The position numbers were made by a program, and so were the translations under genes. A stretch of DNA of 63,133 bases, the filler included, from Octopus bimaculoides (taxonomy: Eukaryota), in assembly GCF_001194135.2 (NCBI RefSeq). It is 4 parts of 4 records of this genome, joined end to end, with 100 filler letters (N's around TTAATTAATTAA, not from the genome) between each part and the next. Parts side by side here need not be neighbours in the genome. Positions count along the whole stretch, not along the records: positions 16,815 to 44,310 come from NC_068999.1; positions 44,411 to 58,414 come from NC_068993.1; 2 more parts are not named here. One strand, given 5' to 3'. Below the pieces are notes generated by a model. That model was not told the origin of the DNA, searched no databases, and worked only from the letters and a program-made list of their open reading frames with translations. Below, one piece after another: positions 37,962 through 51,490 of the stretch; within the stretch, counting starts at the first letter, position 1; each line of letters begins with the position of its first letter.

Positions 37962-39669
37962 ATATATATATATATATATCAATGTACAAAGACACAGCTG
38001 AAGCAATAATTTCCACATGTCAACATTTATAAGGCTTGTATTTTTAATGCTTTCAGTCATTGGACTGTGGCTATGCTGGGACAACACTACATTTATCATT
38101 ACCTCAATTTCTAACTCTCATACCAATGGGCCTGGGCAAGTGATTAAGGAGGGGCTCCTTCAAGGATGGAGAGGTTGTTTCTATGATTTCCAGATAAAAT
38201 GGGACATGTAAATTAAGTAGAGTTTTTTCTGTACTAAACCTTGGAGAATGCATATGTTGTGTAAATCTTTCCTTGAAGTCATTGGTTGTTATACTCATGT
38301 AGTGTCTTATGATAACATCAGATGGTGGCTCAGGAATGTCTTAGTGGGAAGCCAACTTTGGGAAGTTGCAGGTAGTGGTGTGGAATGAAAATATATGTGT
38401 GTGTTCATATGCATGTTTGTCATCATCATCATTGTTTAACATCCTACTTTCATACTGGCATGAGTTGGATGGCTTGACAGGGTCTGACAAGTGCATCATG
38501 CACTAATGCCAATCACTTCATGGAATGTACTGGGTACATTTTTGGTGACAGCAACTAATTTATCTACAAACATTCTTTTGTGAACCCTAAAACACAGTAA
38601 AAATCAACTTTCTATACAAAGAATGTTGTGAATTCAGTTTGACACATCAGTTTATACCTTCATGCCTGACAGAACCTTAAACAATTATAAAATCCTCACA
38701 TCAAACTAAAATAAATTTTCTCACCACAACTTTCTATGCTACAAATGCATACTCTCCACAATCCTCCTCTATATCCATATTCCTACAAAACTACTCACCT
38801 AGTCCACTTTTATCGCACCTAATTATCATTCACATAACTCCACCTACCTCTCCAAAAAAGCAACAATTTGGCAAAGACTATACAAAACCAAGAAGAGCCC
38901 TTGCAAAGCTTTGTCTGATGAAGGTGAGCAAGCAGAAACTTCTAAGTACTATTGACTTTTTCCTTCTATTCTACTGAAAAGTATTGAATAATCCTTCAGT
39001 TTAATGTTAAATAAAATAAACATAAAAACAAGCATATCATCATTTAACATTCCTTTTTTCTATACTGGCATGGGTTGGACAGTTTGACACAAGTTGACAA
39101 ATGAAAGCACTGTACTAGGCTCCAATATCTGCTTTGGCATGGTTTCTATAGCCTTCCTAATGCCAACTCTTCACAGAGTGCACTGCATGCTTTTTTTTTT
39201 TTTTTTTAGTGGTGAGATCACCAAGTACCTGCAAGACAAAAGCTTTCAACTTGAAGGATGTGAAAATATGACAGAAAGACAGAAGTATGTGTGTTGCTGA
39301 AGAGGTGAATACACAGCATACCCATCTGGGAAAAGAGAGAGATGTGAGGTCAAGGTACACAGAAAATATGAGAGAGTGAATAGGATAAAGGTAAAGGGTG
39401 GGTGGGTAAGTGCACTAGAAGGAAAATAGAAACAGATGGAGTTGAGTTGGATGCAGTGAATATTAGTTTAGAAGAGAAGTGAAGGAAGGTAATAGGAGTA
39501 GATCAGGGAGGAAGAAGTGACAAAGGACAGTAGTAGGGATACAATATGAAATGTAAGGAGACAGGTGGTATCATTCGCAGCACCTGAGTAGTATCACAGA
39601 AGAATGATCGAGGGATGGGTGATAGAAAAGAAGTTGTTTGGGGTGGTTTGATAGGATCTCATTTTGCTG

Positions 39670-41010
39670 AGCAATATAATGTCTCCTCAAGTACAGCATA
39701 CTATCATTCATTTCATTCCTCTTTCATCTCTGACCCTATGATATTGAACCTCTCAGCCTTCAGTACCTCACTCCGTGTATTTTTGGATCTCCCTCTTCCA
39801 CATGTTCTTTTCCCATGTATAGATTGGTACTTCTTTATACAGCTGTCATCATCCATCCATGTCACATGACCATACCAGCACAGTTTTCTCTCCTGCACAC
39901 CACATGCCTCAATCTTCTCTCAACACATTAGTACTTTGTCATACTTTCACACTGATATTGCACATCCAGCAGAGCATGCTTGCTTCATTCCTTTCTAGTC
40001 CCTACCTGTCCTCTGCATTCACAGCCCAAGTTTCCCAACTGTATGGCATTTCTGTTTGTACACAGGCATCATACAATCTGCCTTTCACTCTGAAAAAAAG
40101 CCCTTTTGTTAACAACAAAGGTAATAGTTCTCTAAACTTTCTCCAGATAGTTCTTATTCTAGCAACTATACTTTCAGCACAGCTTCTTCCACTGCTAATT
40201 AGGTCTCTTACTACCTGGTCATTTGGGAAGATTTCCTTTGTGCTCTTAGTCTTTATTGTACCTACACATCTGCCACAAACAAAGAATACTTTCCCAGTTA
40301 AACTTCCTGTGATCGTACTACATCGCTTGTGTATCCATAGTTTGTATTTAGTACATCATATGGAATTTCTACCAACATTCCTTTATGTACCACACAGGGC
40401 CATTTGCACAAAAGAATTTCCAGCTAACTAGAACTTTGGAATTTGCTAAGTTAAATTTAAGGCCCTTTGATTCCAGGTTTTGCTTTCACACTCAGAATTT
40501 CATTTTAAATTCTACTATAGATTCAGCTTTAGGAACAAAGAGTTTCCATGGGCAGCAAGTTTTAAATTCCTCTGTTATGACCTGGGCTATTATTATAAAT
40601 AACAAGGGACTGATAACTGAACCCTGACAAACTACTGCCTGCATACTAAATTCATCACTGTACTACGTTATTGACAGTATCCCTGAACATGATTTGAATG
40701 ACTCTCATTCATCTACTCCTAACTTCCACAGTAACTGCCAACTGAGGGACCAAGGTGCCTTGTCAAAGGCTTTCTCCAGATTAACAAATGCCAAGTACAG
40801 TGGTTTACTTTTTCTAACTACTTTTGAAGTTCTCAGAATCTCATCTAGGTTAAATTTCTTCCTAATTAATTGAGTCATGACTTTCATAACTTGGTCTAGT
40901 AATTTGATACTGCTGTAATTACTTGTCTCTAAGGCATCTCCTTTACCTGTGTAACAGTTGACTATGATACTACTAAACTACTTGTTGGGTATGATACCTT
41001 CCTGTACACC
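39670..41010 (-). mobile_element. Old RTE-type LINE fragment (RT to 3' end)
   Basis: KPLYLAFVNLEKAFDKAPWSL.W..LWKLGVDE; QERKLCWYGHVTWMDDDSCIKK...GRGRSK. Confidence 0.85.
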
Positions 41011-41066
41011 CTGATTAACTACATGGATGACTATGTATACACACATACAATACAAATACATCCATA

Positions 41067-42133
41067 AAAGTGAGTGCTGAAAAGTTTCTGGTTTTAGGTA
41101 GAAGAAAATAAAGGAGGATCAATTAATTATGCTTTTATTCAAAACAAATCCCCTTCTCAGTTTTTCTAAGCCCTATAAAAAGAACTCAGAATGTTAGACT
41201 TCCAACCAGGCCTCTGAAGCTGTGATTACTACCAAATCAGAGTGAAATTTCATTCCCTTCAGATGTTACTTCAGTTGTGGAAAGAGGTGATAGTCAGGAG
41301 AGGAATGTGGGTTGTCTACCAATTCGAAACCAAGGTCACATATTTTCTGTAGAGTTTCATGTGCTGTGTGTGCTGGTACATTGTCCTACAAAGACAAGAC
41401 ACCATGGCTCAGCTTTTCACAGCATTTCTGCTTCAAATCTTCGAGCAATTTGTCCAACAGAGACATGTAGTCTTCTGCATTGATGGTGCAGATATTTTAC
41501 AAGGAGGAGTATGGAACACTGAAGCCAGAATCTTTCCATATGACTTCTGAGCCTGAAACTTATTGGGACATTGTGAACTCCTATGACACCACTCCACTGA
41601 TTGCTGCTTGGTCTTGGAATCAAATTAATGAAGCCAAGTTTTATCCATGGTGACTAAATGAGCCATAAAATCAGCCTTTCACCCTGAAAACTGGTCCAAA
41701 ATTGCCTTTGATGTTGTCATTCTGATGTGCTTCTTATCTACATTCAGGCATTTCAGAACCCATTTTGCAGAAAGCTTTCTCATGTCCAGAATGTTGTGAA
41801 TGACATGGCCAACTCTTTCGCAGGAAATCCCCAGAGTCTCAGCTATGATTTTAGCTGAAATCGTGGAAGTTAGCTGTCCTGACCAGGGTTGATCTGTGAC
41901 CTCAAAATGACCAGTCCGAAACCGTGACAACTAGATTTTCTCTGTGGAGTAAGATGGGCAGTCATCCTTCATTACAACATGTTAAGTTAGCAAAAATGAG
42001 AAAGATACATTGTATACCATCATGATTTTAAGTATATCTTCTCCTAAATAGTTGTACTACCTCCCCTGTAAAGATAACAGCACTATCTTTTGCAATACCC
42101 TTAAAGCCAGGAATTTTTCAGCTCCCACTACCT
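41067..42133 (-). mobile_element. Mariner (DD34D, Mos1/Hsmar-like) degenerate copy
   Basis: TIRs agtgagtgctgaaaagtttctgg / ccaggaatttttcagctcccact; RFRTGHFEVTDQPWSGQ...AETLGISCERVGHVIHNILDMRKLSAKWVLKCL. Confidence 0.88.
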
Positions 42134-42334
42134 TATACATACATACATACATAATATGTTACACATAAGTCCTTTATCACACTTCATGTGTTAGGCATTT
42201 TAACACAGGTGGAAGGGTTTTGTGCAGCACCACATAATGCCAAACAGTACAGTCCTTTGATATGACATCTCTATGAGATGTGGCATGTTCAAGTCAGATA
42301 TTTATGAATATGCATATATAAACATGTATATACA

Positions 42335-42382
<48 letters not shown>

Positions 42383-42383
<1 letters not shown>

Positions 42384-44310
42384 ATGGCCGTCCACTCGTG
42401 ACCAAGGAAGACCATTGCCGACCTTCAGGAACATCGTGCACTCTAGGACTAACTTATATTTTGCATTTGCGGCTCCGTTGGTGGCTAATGATCCCTGCTC
42501 TTGACTAGCATACATGACTGCAAACATTGCAGACCAAGCTTTCCCCATTCGCTATACGAGCCGTGCGCCTTCGTGCAGCTCGCTTAAGTTCTTCATACTG
42601 GATACGTGCTCTCTCAAAAGTGTTGATCCCCTCCTTAACCTGCTTCCTCCATCTGTGGTGATGACAGGCATTGTTCTACCAGTCAGTGTCCTGCATATCA
42701 CAGGCCTTCAATGAGGACTTGACACAGTCCTTAAATTCCAGCCTTGGTTTCTGCTGGAGTCTCCTTCCATTCACAAGTTCTCCATATAACATCTGCTTAG
42801 GAATCCTGCTATCCTTCATTCAAATAAGGTGTCCAGTCCAACGTAACCGTTGCTTGTGCACCATTGCCTCAATACTCAAGATATCAGCTGTTCTCANNNN
42901 NNNNNNNNNNNNNNNNNNNNNNNNNNNNNNNNNNNNNNNNNNNNNNNNNNNNNNNNNNNNNNNNNNNNNNNNNNNNNNNNNNNNNNNNNNNNNNNNNNNN
43001 NNNNNNNNNNNNNNNNNNNNNNNNNNNNNNNNNNNNNNNNNNNNNNNNNNNNNNNNNNNNNNNNNNNNNNNNNNNNNNNNNNNNNNNNNNNNNNNNNNNN
43101 NNNNNNNNNNNNNNNNNNNNNNNNNNNNNNNNNNNNNNNNNNNNNNNNNNNNNNNNNNNNNNNNNNNNNNNNNNNNNNNNNNNNNNNNNNNNNNNNNNNN
43201 NNNNNNNNNNNNNNNNNNNNNNNNNNNNNNNNNNNNNNNNNNNNNNNNNNNNNNNNNNNNNNNNNNNNNNNNNNNNNNNNNNNNNNNNNNNNNNNNNNNN
43301 NNNNNNNNNNNNNNNNCCAAATGCCTTGCAAGAAGCAGAAATGCAATTCATGAGTATTTGCATGTCATCTACTGTATGAGTGACTAAGTCACAGTCATCT
43401 GCATAAAGGAGGTCACGAATAATAGGCTGGAGAACCTTTGAATTGGCAGCAAATCGGCGAAGATTAAAGAGGTGGCCAGAAGATCGATATCTGACATATA
43501 TTCCCAGAGAGCTAACCTTAGCAAAAGCATGAGTAAAAGCAGCAGCAAAGTACAAAGAAAAGAGAGTTGGGGCAAGGATGTCACCCTGCTTGACACCATT
43601 CTCTAGAGGAATGGGTCCCACCATGCCACTACCAACATTGACCCAAGCCTCCATCCCATCATGAAATGATTTAATTATAGATACAAAGTGATCCGGACAT
43701 CCACGTTTGCCAAGTATTTTCCATAGAAAGGCCTTATTTACAGTATCAACGGCCTTTGTTAAATCAATGAATACCTGGACAAGATCCATATTCTGCTCAT
43801 AGCACTTCTGCATCTGTTTTGCTGTGAAAATCATATCCATTGTCCCTCTACCAGATCGGAAGCCACATTGAGATTCAGATAGGACAGCATTTACGAGACA
43901 CCCATTCAGACAGGTAAGAAGAATATTTGCCAGGACCTTGACAGCAGCTGATAGTAGAGCAATACCTCTGTAGTTACCACACATTGTTCTCACTCCTTTT
44001 CCTTTATAGAGAGGAAGAATAATTGCATCCTTCCAGACCTTAGGCATTGCACCATCCCTCCAGACTGCACTAATAAGTTCATGAAGGGACTGTGTGATGT
44101 AATTACCACCAAATCGCAAGACCTCAGCACAAATTCCATCCTTTCCAGGTGCCCTACCAAGATTCAATTTACTTATTGATGTCATTACTTCATCTATTGA
44201 GGGCGAAGAGTCTAAGGAGCCAATGATAGGTCTTTGTTGCATAGTATCAATCACTGTTTCATCCACAACTGACTCATGGTTTAGGAGTTCAGAGAAGTGT
44301 TCGATCCAGC
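42383..44310 (-). mobile_element. Comparatively young RTE (BovB-like) LINE: RT domain, C-terminal Cys/His motif and 3' end; 5' cut by the linker
   Basis: About 316 uninterrupted codons (44266-43317) with GRAPGKDG, NYRGIALLS, ESQCGFRSGRGT.DM, FIDLTKAVDTV, GVKQGDILAPTLF, LLYADD; downstream RLRWTGHLI and CNVCSHVC*SRAGIISHQRS; 3' end caatggtcttccttggtcacgagtggacggccatc. Confidence 0.95.
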
Positions 44311-44410
44311 NNNNNNNNNNNNNNNNNNNNNNNNNNNNNNNNNNNNNNNNNNNNTTAATTAATTAANNNNNNNNNNNNNNNNNNNNNNNNNNNNNNNNNN
44401 NNNNNNNNNN
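44311..44410. other. Artificial scaffold linker N44-TTAATTAATTAA-N44
   Basis: Identical to the other two linkers. Confidence 0.97.
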
Positions 44411-45684
44411 TTCTTCTTTTCAAGTTTTAAAATATTCTGTGAAGTATCCATAGTCACATGTGTTTCGATGAATTAAACCAATGCATTTTGAAGAAACTTT
44501 TGTTATTTCAACCAACGAAAACCAGTCAAACCGCCGCTTATCATTTCATATTCTTAAAAAATATTTGTCCTTCTCAAGGGCTGTACAACGCACTTAGCCA
44601 AACAGAAGATTTTCTTTCTCCAATTTACGCCCGTCTTCGCCCGTGTTATAAATGCTTTGGGAAGTATTTGGAGCTGAAACAAGTTTTCTAACATGAGTTA
44701 GCCCTTAGGGACTTAATCTATTCATTTAGATAATTTCTACCTCCGTTTTCACTCTAGGGATTCTTGCTCAATAAGATTGTATTTTTACAATGGTTCTTCT
44801 TCCCACGCAAACTTTGAGAGCATTTCATATTCCTCCCCATACTTATTGCCCATTAATATAATTGTTATAATACATATTGACCCCTTTATCCATTTTCTTT
44901 AGGCAATACGATGAATGGGGCTCTTAAGAGTAATTATCCTTATCCAGCGTTTGAGATCTCTAGTTTATGCTTCCAGCCGGAGCGCTTAGCCTAACGTGTT
45001 TGGCAACCTTGATCTGTGCCTGGACAACACAATTAGCTTAAGACCAGAGGGTTTGTTTGCTCTTCCTGATCCAAAAGCTGAAAACACACATCTCACCATC
45101 GTGAGTGCAACAATACACAAAAGATCTGTAGATTCAAAACCAGGATAATTCAAGGTCATAAATTGATGTGGTAACGTACTAATAGTTGGATGACTGGTCG
45201 TGGCTGGAGCACTTGCTGAATCAAGGCTGAAATGGTTGTCTAAAAAAACAACAACGACGGCTGTCACGTTGACGAAGCAACGAGAGAACCTCTGTGTGAT
45301 CGCTCGACCTGCCTGAAATAAAAGTCAAATGTTTCTCAAATCACGTTCAAGTAACTGTCCTAAAAACACGATGTTTTGATAAAAGACGAAATGGTCATAT
45401 CCGGAATATATTCGATCAGGGACTCGCTCGATCAAGATTATCTTAGGGATACACAACCACAAAATCTACCATTTTGATGATTAGCTAAGAGCTTCGAGTA
45501 ACTTCAGAGAATTCCTTGAAATTATAATTTTGTCTATTCATGATAACGTTACAAAATATATGGAATAAGTCTTTCCTCTTTCTCTCCCTCACTCACTTTC
45601 TCTCCCTCCCCCCTCTCTCTCTCTCTTCTCTCTACGTACACTCATACACATACTAAGACACAGGCGCATATGTGTTTGTTTGTA

Positions 45685-45808
45685 TGAATGTATGTATGTA
45701 TGTACGTACATACTTACGTACGTAAGTACGTACGTAGGTACGTACGTAGGTACGTACGTAGGTACGTACGTAGGTACGTACGTAGGTACGTACGTATGTA
45801 TGTATGTC
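45685..45808. repeat. (TACGTACGTAGG)5.8 minisatellite within (TATG)n
   Basis: Units at 45727-45796; perfect 18-bp palindrome at 45711-45728. Confidence 0.92.
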
Positions 45809-45927
45809 TTTATTTCATAAACTAACCGATAAATCCTATTACTAAACTTGATTCAATGATTAAGCACAAGAACTGATTTATTTCTACAATTTTCCTCGCC
45901 GAAGCAATTCAGTGAAAGAACAACAAC

Positions 45928-45999
<72 letters not shown>

Positions 46000-48120
46000 G
46001 AAGAAGAAGAAAAATAAGGTAAAAAGGAACAACTGAACTGTGATTTCTCACCCATGTTTAATTACATACAATATATTGAACGATAAGTTTTATCCATTAA
46101 TAGCTAACCAGAGGTCAGTTGGGATAAAAGGTCAACAGTTGAAGATATCATATAGTTAGCTGATGTGGATGGATATTTTCTAAAGAAAGAAAGATTAAGA
46201 ATAAGAACAGTTATAGTGAGTTCTTTTGATATGCTTGCTAGCTGAAAATTACCAGGCTATAAATTACTGCAAGCACACCGACAAATAGACAAGCAGTTCA
46301 TTAAATAAAAATTATCTTGGAGCTTAAATGTCTGAAGCCAAGTTTTCCATTAACCTAGAAGATTTACTTCCAATTTTCCCACGACTCTTAGATAATATCT
46401 CCGAATTGGAGGACGGGTTTTGTTTTACCATATTCGCCGCACACACCGAACATATATATGTATATGTATATATNNNNNNNNNNNNNNNNNNNNNNNNNNN
46501 NNNNNNNNNNNNNNNNNNNNNNNNNNNNNNNNNNNNNNNNNNNNNNNNNNNNNNNNNNNNNNNNNNNNNNNNNNNNNNNNNNNNNNNNNNNNNNNNNNNN
46601 NNNNNNNNNNNNNNNNNNNNNNNNNNNNNNNNNNNNNNNNNNNNNNNNNNNNNNNNNNNNNNNNNNNNNNNNNNNNNNNNNNNNNNNNNNNNNNNNNNNN
46701 NNNNNNNNNNNNNNNNNNNNNNNNNNNNNNNNNNNNNNNNNNNNNNNNNNNNNNNNNNNNNNNNNNNNNNNNNNNNNNNNNNNNNNNNNNNNNNNNNNNN
46801 NNNNNNNNNNNNNNNNNNNNNNNNNNNNNNNNNNNNNNNNNNNNNNNNNNNNNNNNNNNNNNNNNNNNNNNNNNNNNNNNNNNNNNNNNNNNNNNNNNNN
46901 NNNNNNNNNNNNNNNNNNNNNNNNNNNNNNNNNNNNNNNNNNNNNGGGGGGGGGGGGGGTGTTCACATAGCCATGCCAGACATAATGATCTGAGATGGGG
47001 AAAAGAAATTATGCACAGCGTTATAAATCAGTTGTCCAACAGACGTTAAGATAATATTAACGATAACAGAGAAGGAAAATATGTGGCAAACTAATGAGAA
47101 ATCTGCAGATATTAAACCCAGACTATAGACTTTCGATTTGTGCCTTTGATTATTGTTACACTTGGTTATATAATTAACGCCCTCAACACCAATTTACTCA
47201 TATTTTCTTGTAATCGTGTCGGCGTTCACTCAGGATGTGTTGAATCAACTCCAGTCAATGAGTCCATCGTATCCCAAACAGAAACCGACCACGCATCGCA
47301 AACACAGACGTCTGCAGCGAAAATCGTTAAACGATGCACACCATATACGCGAGAACCGGATGTCGATTCAAATTAGACTTCATTGCATTAATACATTTGC
47401 ATCTGTTTTCTTTACCATTCAAGTTACACCGAGCAAGATTGTTGTTACGACTGCATTGCGGGTGAATTCATCCTGTTGATGACAGACAGTATGACCAAAA
47501 TTAAAGGAGGCATTTTTTGAGCCAAGGTTTTTGTATGGAATGACCTGAGCCGCGAAGACTCCAAATCATGTAAACAGGCGCACATACGTTCTCTGTCACG
47601 CCGTTTGTTTCTTTTTCTGCCTCTCTCTCTCTCTCGGAAGTATTATCTCATAGATTAATTTTAATAACCTTTACCGAATGTTTACTGGACCAAAATCTAT
47701 GGAAGGCAGTTGACACAAATTACAGGCCATTGAGCTGATGATCGCTTGTTTGGGCTCTCAACTTCTAATGTAGGCGTAAAAGGAAACAACATGACATGCT
47801 CTGCGTCTGTCTTCTCTGTTTCGCGTGTTGTGTGTCAGAGTTCGACTATCTGCTAATTATTTACTTGTTCATTGTTGGACACTGTCAGTCCACCTCTACT
47901 TCTCTCCCCACCCTCAGTCCTTGAACACTCATTTTCGCAAGTCCATTGATTTGCTACACTGATGTAATACTATCTCAGCTGTTTTCCACTTTGCCGCTGC
48001 GTGGAGGCATTCATTGTAGGTAATGAGTTGCTGAATGGTTTAAAGTGCAAGTTCATTTATAAAGTGGTCCAAGTATGAAAACCCTTTGATATTGCGATAG
48101 CGTTTGATATCCAAGGAATA

Positions 48121-48991
48121 CAGGGTGTTCGGAATAAACTTGACAGTTTGCATATATTGAAAAGAAAGTGTAATATCCCATCTACAAATAACGTGTTTTA
48201 AAACGTCAAAAATGTCAATTAGATTATGGCTGGGAGACACGTTTACTCAAAGTAACCACGCTCATCTTCCACTATGGCCTCAAGTCGCCTCCAGAACCTT
48301 TTGCATGCGTTTTTGGTTGTGTTCTTGGGAAGATCTTCGAATACTTCCTTGATCTTGGCCACCAACTCGGCCTTGGCGTTGCAGGCAGAACGGTTGGTGT
48401 CTTTCTCAACTGCGTCCCACACGCTGTAATCGATGGACTTATTATAGGAAGAAGTCCATAAATTGTGACTAATCGAGTCGTAGAAATTCTCCGACAACCA
48501 TTTCTCTTTCCGGAGGTATGGTAAGAAGTGTGCTGCTACACATATAGCCTTTCAGCAGCAATCCTCTCCAGCCAAGGTTTAATCACTTCTTAAAGCCGTC
48601 TTAATTGAGCCTAAAGCCTCATTCAAAGATGTGGGGGTTTATTCCAGGGTGCAGGCACAGGCAGAACGTATGCTGTGTCCCTTTCCGCTAATAACAACTT
48701 CGTAGTCGCCGTTGCAGCTGTCCAAGTCACGTCTTACAGCCTCTACAGTGTTCACAAAGCATTGAGCAGCGGTCATGATATCAGCATTTTGACACCCGGC
48801 ACGAATTCTCATGCTACAGATAACTCTTTTCTAATATACAGTTGGCTTTCAGTCCTCCCTGTCAGCTAACTTTTTCTCAACTACAACTTTAATCTTTATG
48901 CTCTCCAACGCCATTGATATTTCATCAATAAATCAAGTTGTCCCTGAGAAAAGGAGACATAAAAATCGCCAAATTTATCTCGTTCACCCTA
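48121..48991 (-). mobile_element. Tc1/mariner (maT-like) internally deleted element
   Basis: TA|CAGGGTGTTCGGAATAAACTTGAC ... GCCAAATTTATCTCGTTCACCCTA|TA; [54 protein letters not shown]...RLEAIVEDERGYFE*. Confidence 0.9.
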
Positions 48992-49076
48992 TATATATCA
49001 TAAATGTAGTGAAATTATAACCAATTGTTAGCTCCCAACATGTAATATAAGCATTAAAACAATCTAAACTGACATA

Positions 49077-49492
49077 TTGGTTTCAAGTTTTGGCACAACG
49101 CCAGCATTTTCCGAGGCGAGGTTAAGTCGATTACATTGACTCAAGTGCTCAACTGGTACATGTTTTATCGATCTCGAAATGATGAAATACATAGTCGACC
49201 TCGGCGGAATTTGAATTCAGTATGTAAAGAACGGATGATAAGTATTTTACCCAGTGTGCTAAGGGTTCTGACAGTTCGTCGCCTTCAGATGATTGACACA
49301 TTGATTTCAAGTTTTGGCACAAGGCCAGGAAGTTCGTTCGGTGAGGGTATAAGTCGATTACATCGACCCAAGTGCTCAAATGGATGAAAGACAAAATCGA
49401 CCTCGGCGGAATTTGAACTCAGAATGTAAAGAACGGACGAGATGCTGATCAGCATTTTGCCCGGCGTGCTAACAGTTCTGCCAGCTCGCTGC
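49077..49492 (-). mobile_element. Two head-to-tail family C SINEs
   Basis: tttcaagttttggcacaa..gccag at about 49080 and 49305; gtcgacctcggcggaatttgaa occurs twice. Confidence 0.87.
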
Positions 49493-50629
49493 CTTTAAAT
49501 GACCGACATATTAACAAGCAGAATACAATCCGTTTGATCAGAGACACAGGTAACATCTCAACTAGAAATTTAAACACCTTGTCACGGAACGTAGGATAAC
49601 AACTATATACCTGATTAACGAGTAAGAATAGCAAATAAGTATTGTATCACAATGCTTCCATATTGTTCTGTACACCAGTTGAAGATATTTCTCAAATCAT
49701 CAGCGGCTCTCTCACTCTCGCTGAAATTCGACTTTCATGTCAAGCATGGAATTAGCGTACAAACATCCTTACATGCAGCCATCCCTTGAAATATTGGAAA
49801 CAGGATGGAAATAATTAAATTCTTGCGCAATGTTCAAACAGCGTATTGTATATGGGAATATTTTTGACAATACAGATATTAAGTTGAAATTCACTTTGAA
49901 CCAAAATAAATTGAACCATTCCGAAGTCGAAGATGTATTACATATATTAGATTAAAGATGACAGCGTTGAAATATAGGACCAAGCTTTACAATATCTCAA
50001 AGGTTTGTCGACTCATTATTCCAGTTTGCTTTTACGTTTACTTGCATCGCAGTTTATGAGATAACAACGGAAAGTCAAAATGGCCAACGAGATACTGTCA
50101 GGTTTGACGCTAAGAGCCATCGTTTACATAGAATTATTATATATATCAAGACAGAATATATTTTCTCATGCAGAATTAAACTTATTATCTGTATTGAATG
50201 TTACGTAATTATTTTCGCTTATTTGTTATCGGAATTACAGGATTTGGTGAGTAAACCTGATATTTACCGATTATTTTCAACCAAAGGAAAGATGATATAA
50301 CTCTGCCCTATCGAATATGATAAAAGCTAGTAAATGCATTTGAAATCACGATAGTTTTCTTGTTAGACACAAAGGCTCATTCGCACATGCATCGGACATA
50401 CAATCACTATCCTTCTCTTCTCTCTCCCTTTTCCTCTGTGCGTGTGTGTGTACATATATATANNNNNNNNNNNNNNNNNNNNNNNNNNNNNNNNNNNNNN
50501 NNNNNNNNNNNNNNNNNNNNNNNNNNNNNNNNNNNNNNNNNNNNNNNNNNNNNNNNNNNNNNNNNNNNNNNNNNNNNNNNNNNNNNNNNNNNNNNNNNNN
50601 NNNNNNNNNNNNNNNNNNNNNNNNNNNNN

Positions 50630-50850
50630 ACTACTGCTGTCCAGCCAGCCGCCATGATTGACCGCTAGTTCCAAAAGTTTTCTTTTTATATTCTCTCTAT
50701 GCTTATTTCCTCGTGTTTCGTTCTGTTGAAGAGCGTATGCTCGAAACCTAAAAGATTTTCTCTCCTTCTCGAGCGTTAAACTAATACACCTGTTTGTTGT
50801 TTATACACCTGTCTTCGTCTTTTGTTTTTCTGTAAATTTCAACTACATAC
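50630..50850 (+). mobile_element. Possible Penelope-like element terminal fragment
   Basis: tgttgaagagcgtatgctcgaaacctaaaag resembles the TGAAGA...CGAAAC terminal motif of PLEs; no coding evidence. Confidence 0.4.
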
Positions 50851-51139
50851 ATACATACATACATATGTATATACATACACACACACGCACATATACGTAT
50901 ACACACACATATACGTATACACACACATACACATTTGCACACACACACACACACATACATATTGGAATTATATCGAAATTATATATACAAGATTAATTAT
51001 AACCTATACAATAAGTATGTTTATTATATAGCACATATTCTACGGACGTTAGCAGGCACATATAATGAAACTCTAAAATAAACAAATTCAAGGACTATTG
51101 ACTTTCTCATATTTTCACTCTCTACTTTCTCTGTTCAAA

Positions 51140-51490
51140 TGTTACGAAGAGGATAGAACATCGATGCAAATGCCAATTGAAAGATTAATGCTAGAAACAT
51201 CACCAAGAGAGGACATTCGAAATAAAATACTTCGAGAACGGAGCAGAGTGAGCGGTGTGAACACAGAGTACCAAACGCACAAGGTCTGCTGAGTCGGGCC
51301 GGTTGTAAGGTTCACAGACAAGAGATGGACCGGTGAAGTTGCCGTGTTGTATCCAAGAGATAGGAAACGGCCACTTGCAAGGCCTCAACGGCCATGGAAA
51401 TACCATTTAGTCAAGCAATTTGGATCAAGATGGGAAAAAATGGCGCAATCAAGACAAAAATGGAAGCGCATTCTAACCAGCGGTGTATAA
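51140..51490 (+). mobile_element. RTE LINE 3' coding remnant
   Basis: ERLMLETSPREDIRNKILRERSRV...RFTDKRWT..V..YPRDRKRPLARPQRPW...GSRWEKMAQSRQKW. Confidence 0.8.

Noticed and set aside
44986-47479. ORFs 44986-45267 (-), 46328 (+), 47140-47376 (+) and 47216-47479 (+)
   Set aside because: Short, unrecognised, no matching splice sites; overlapping open frames are expected in GC-richer DNA. A BLAST search would be needed to revive them.
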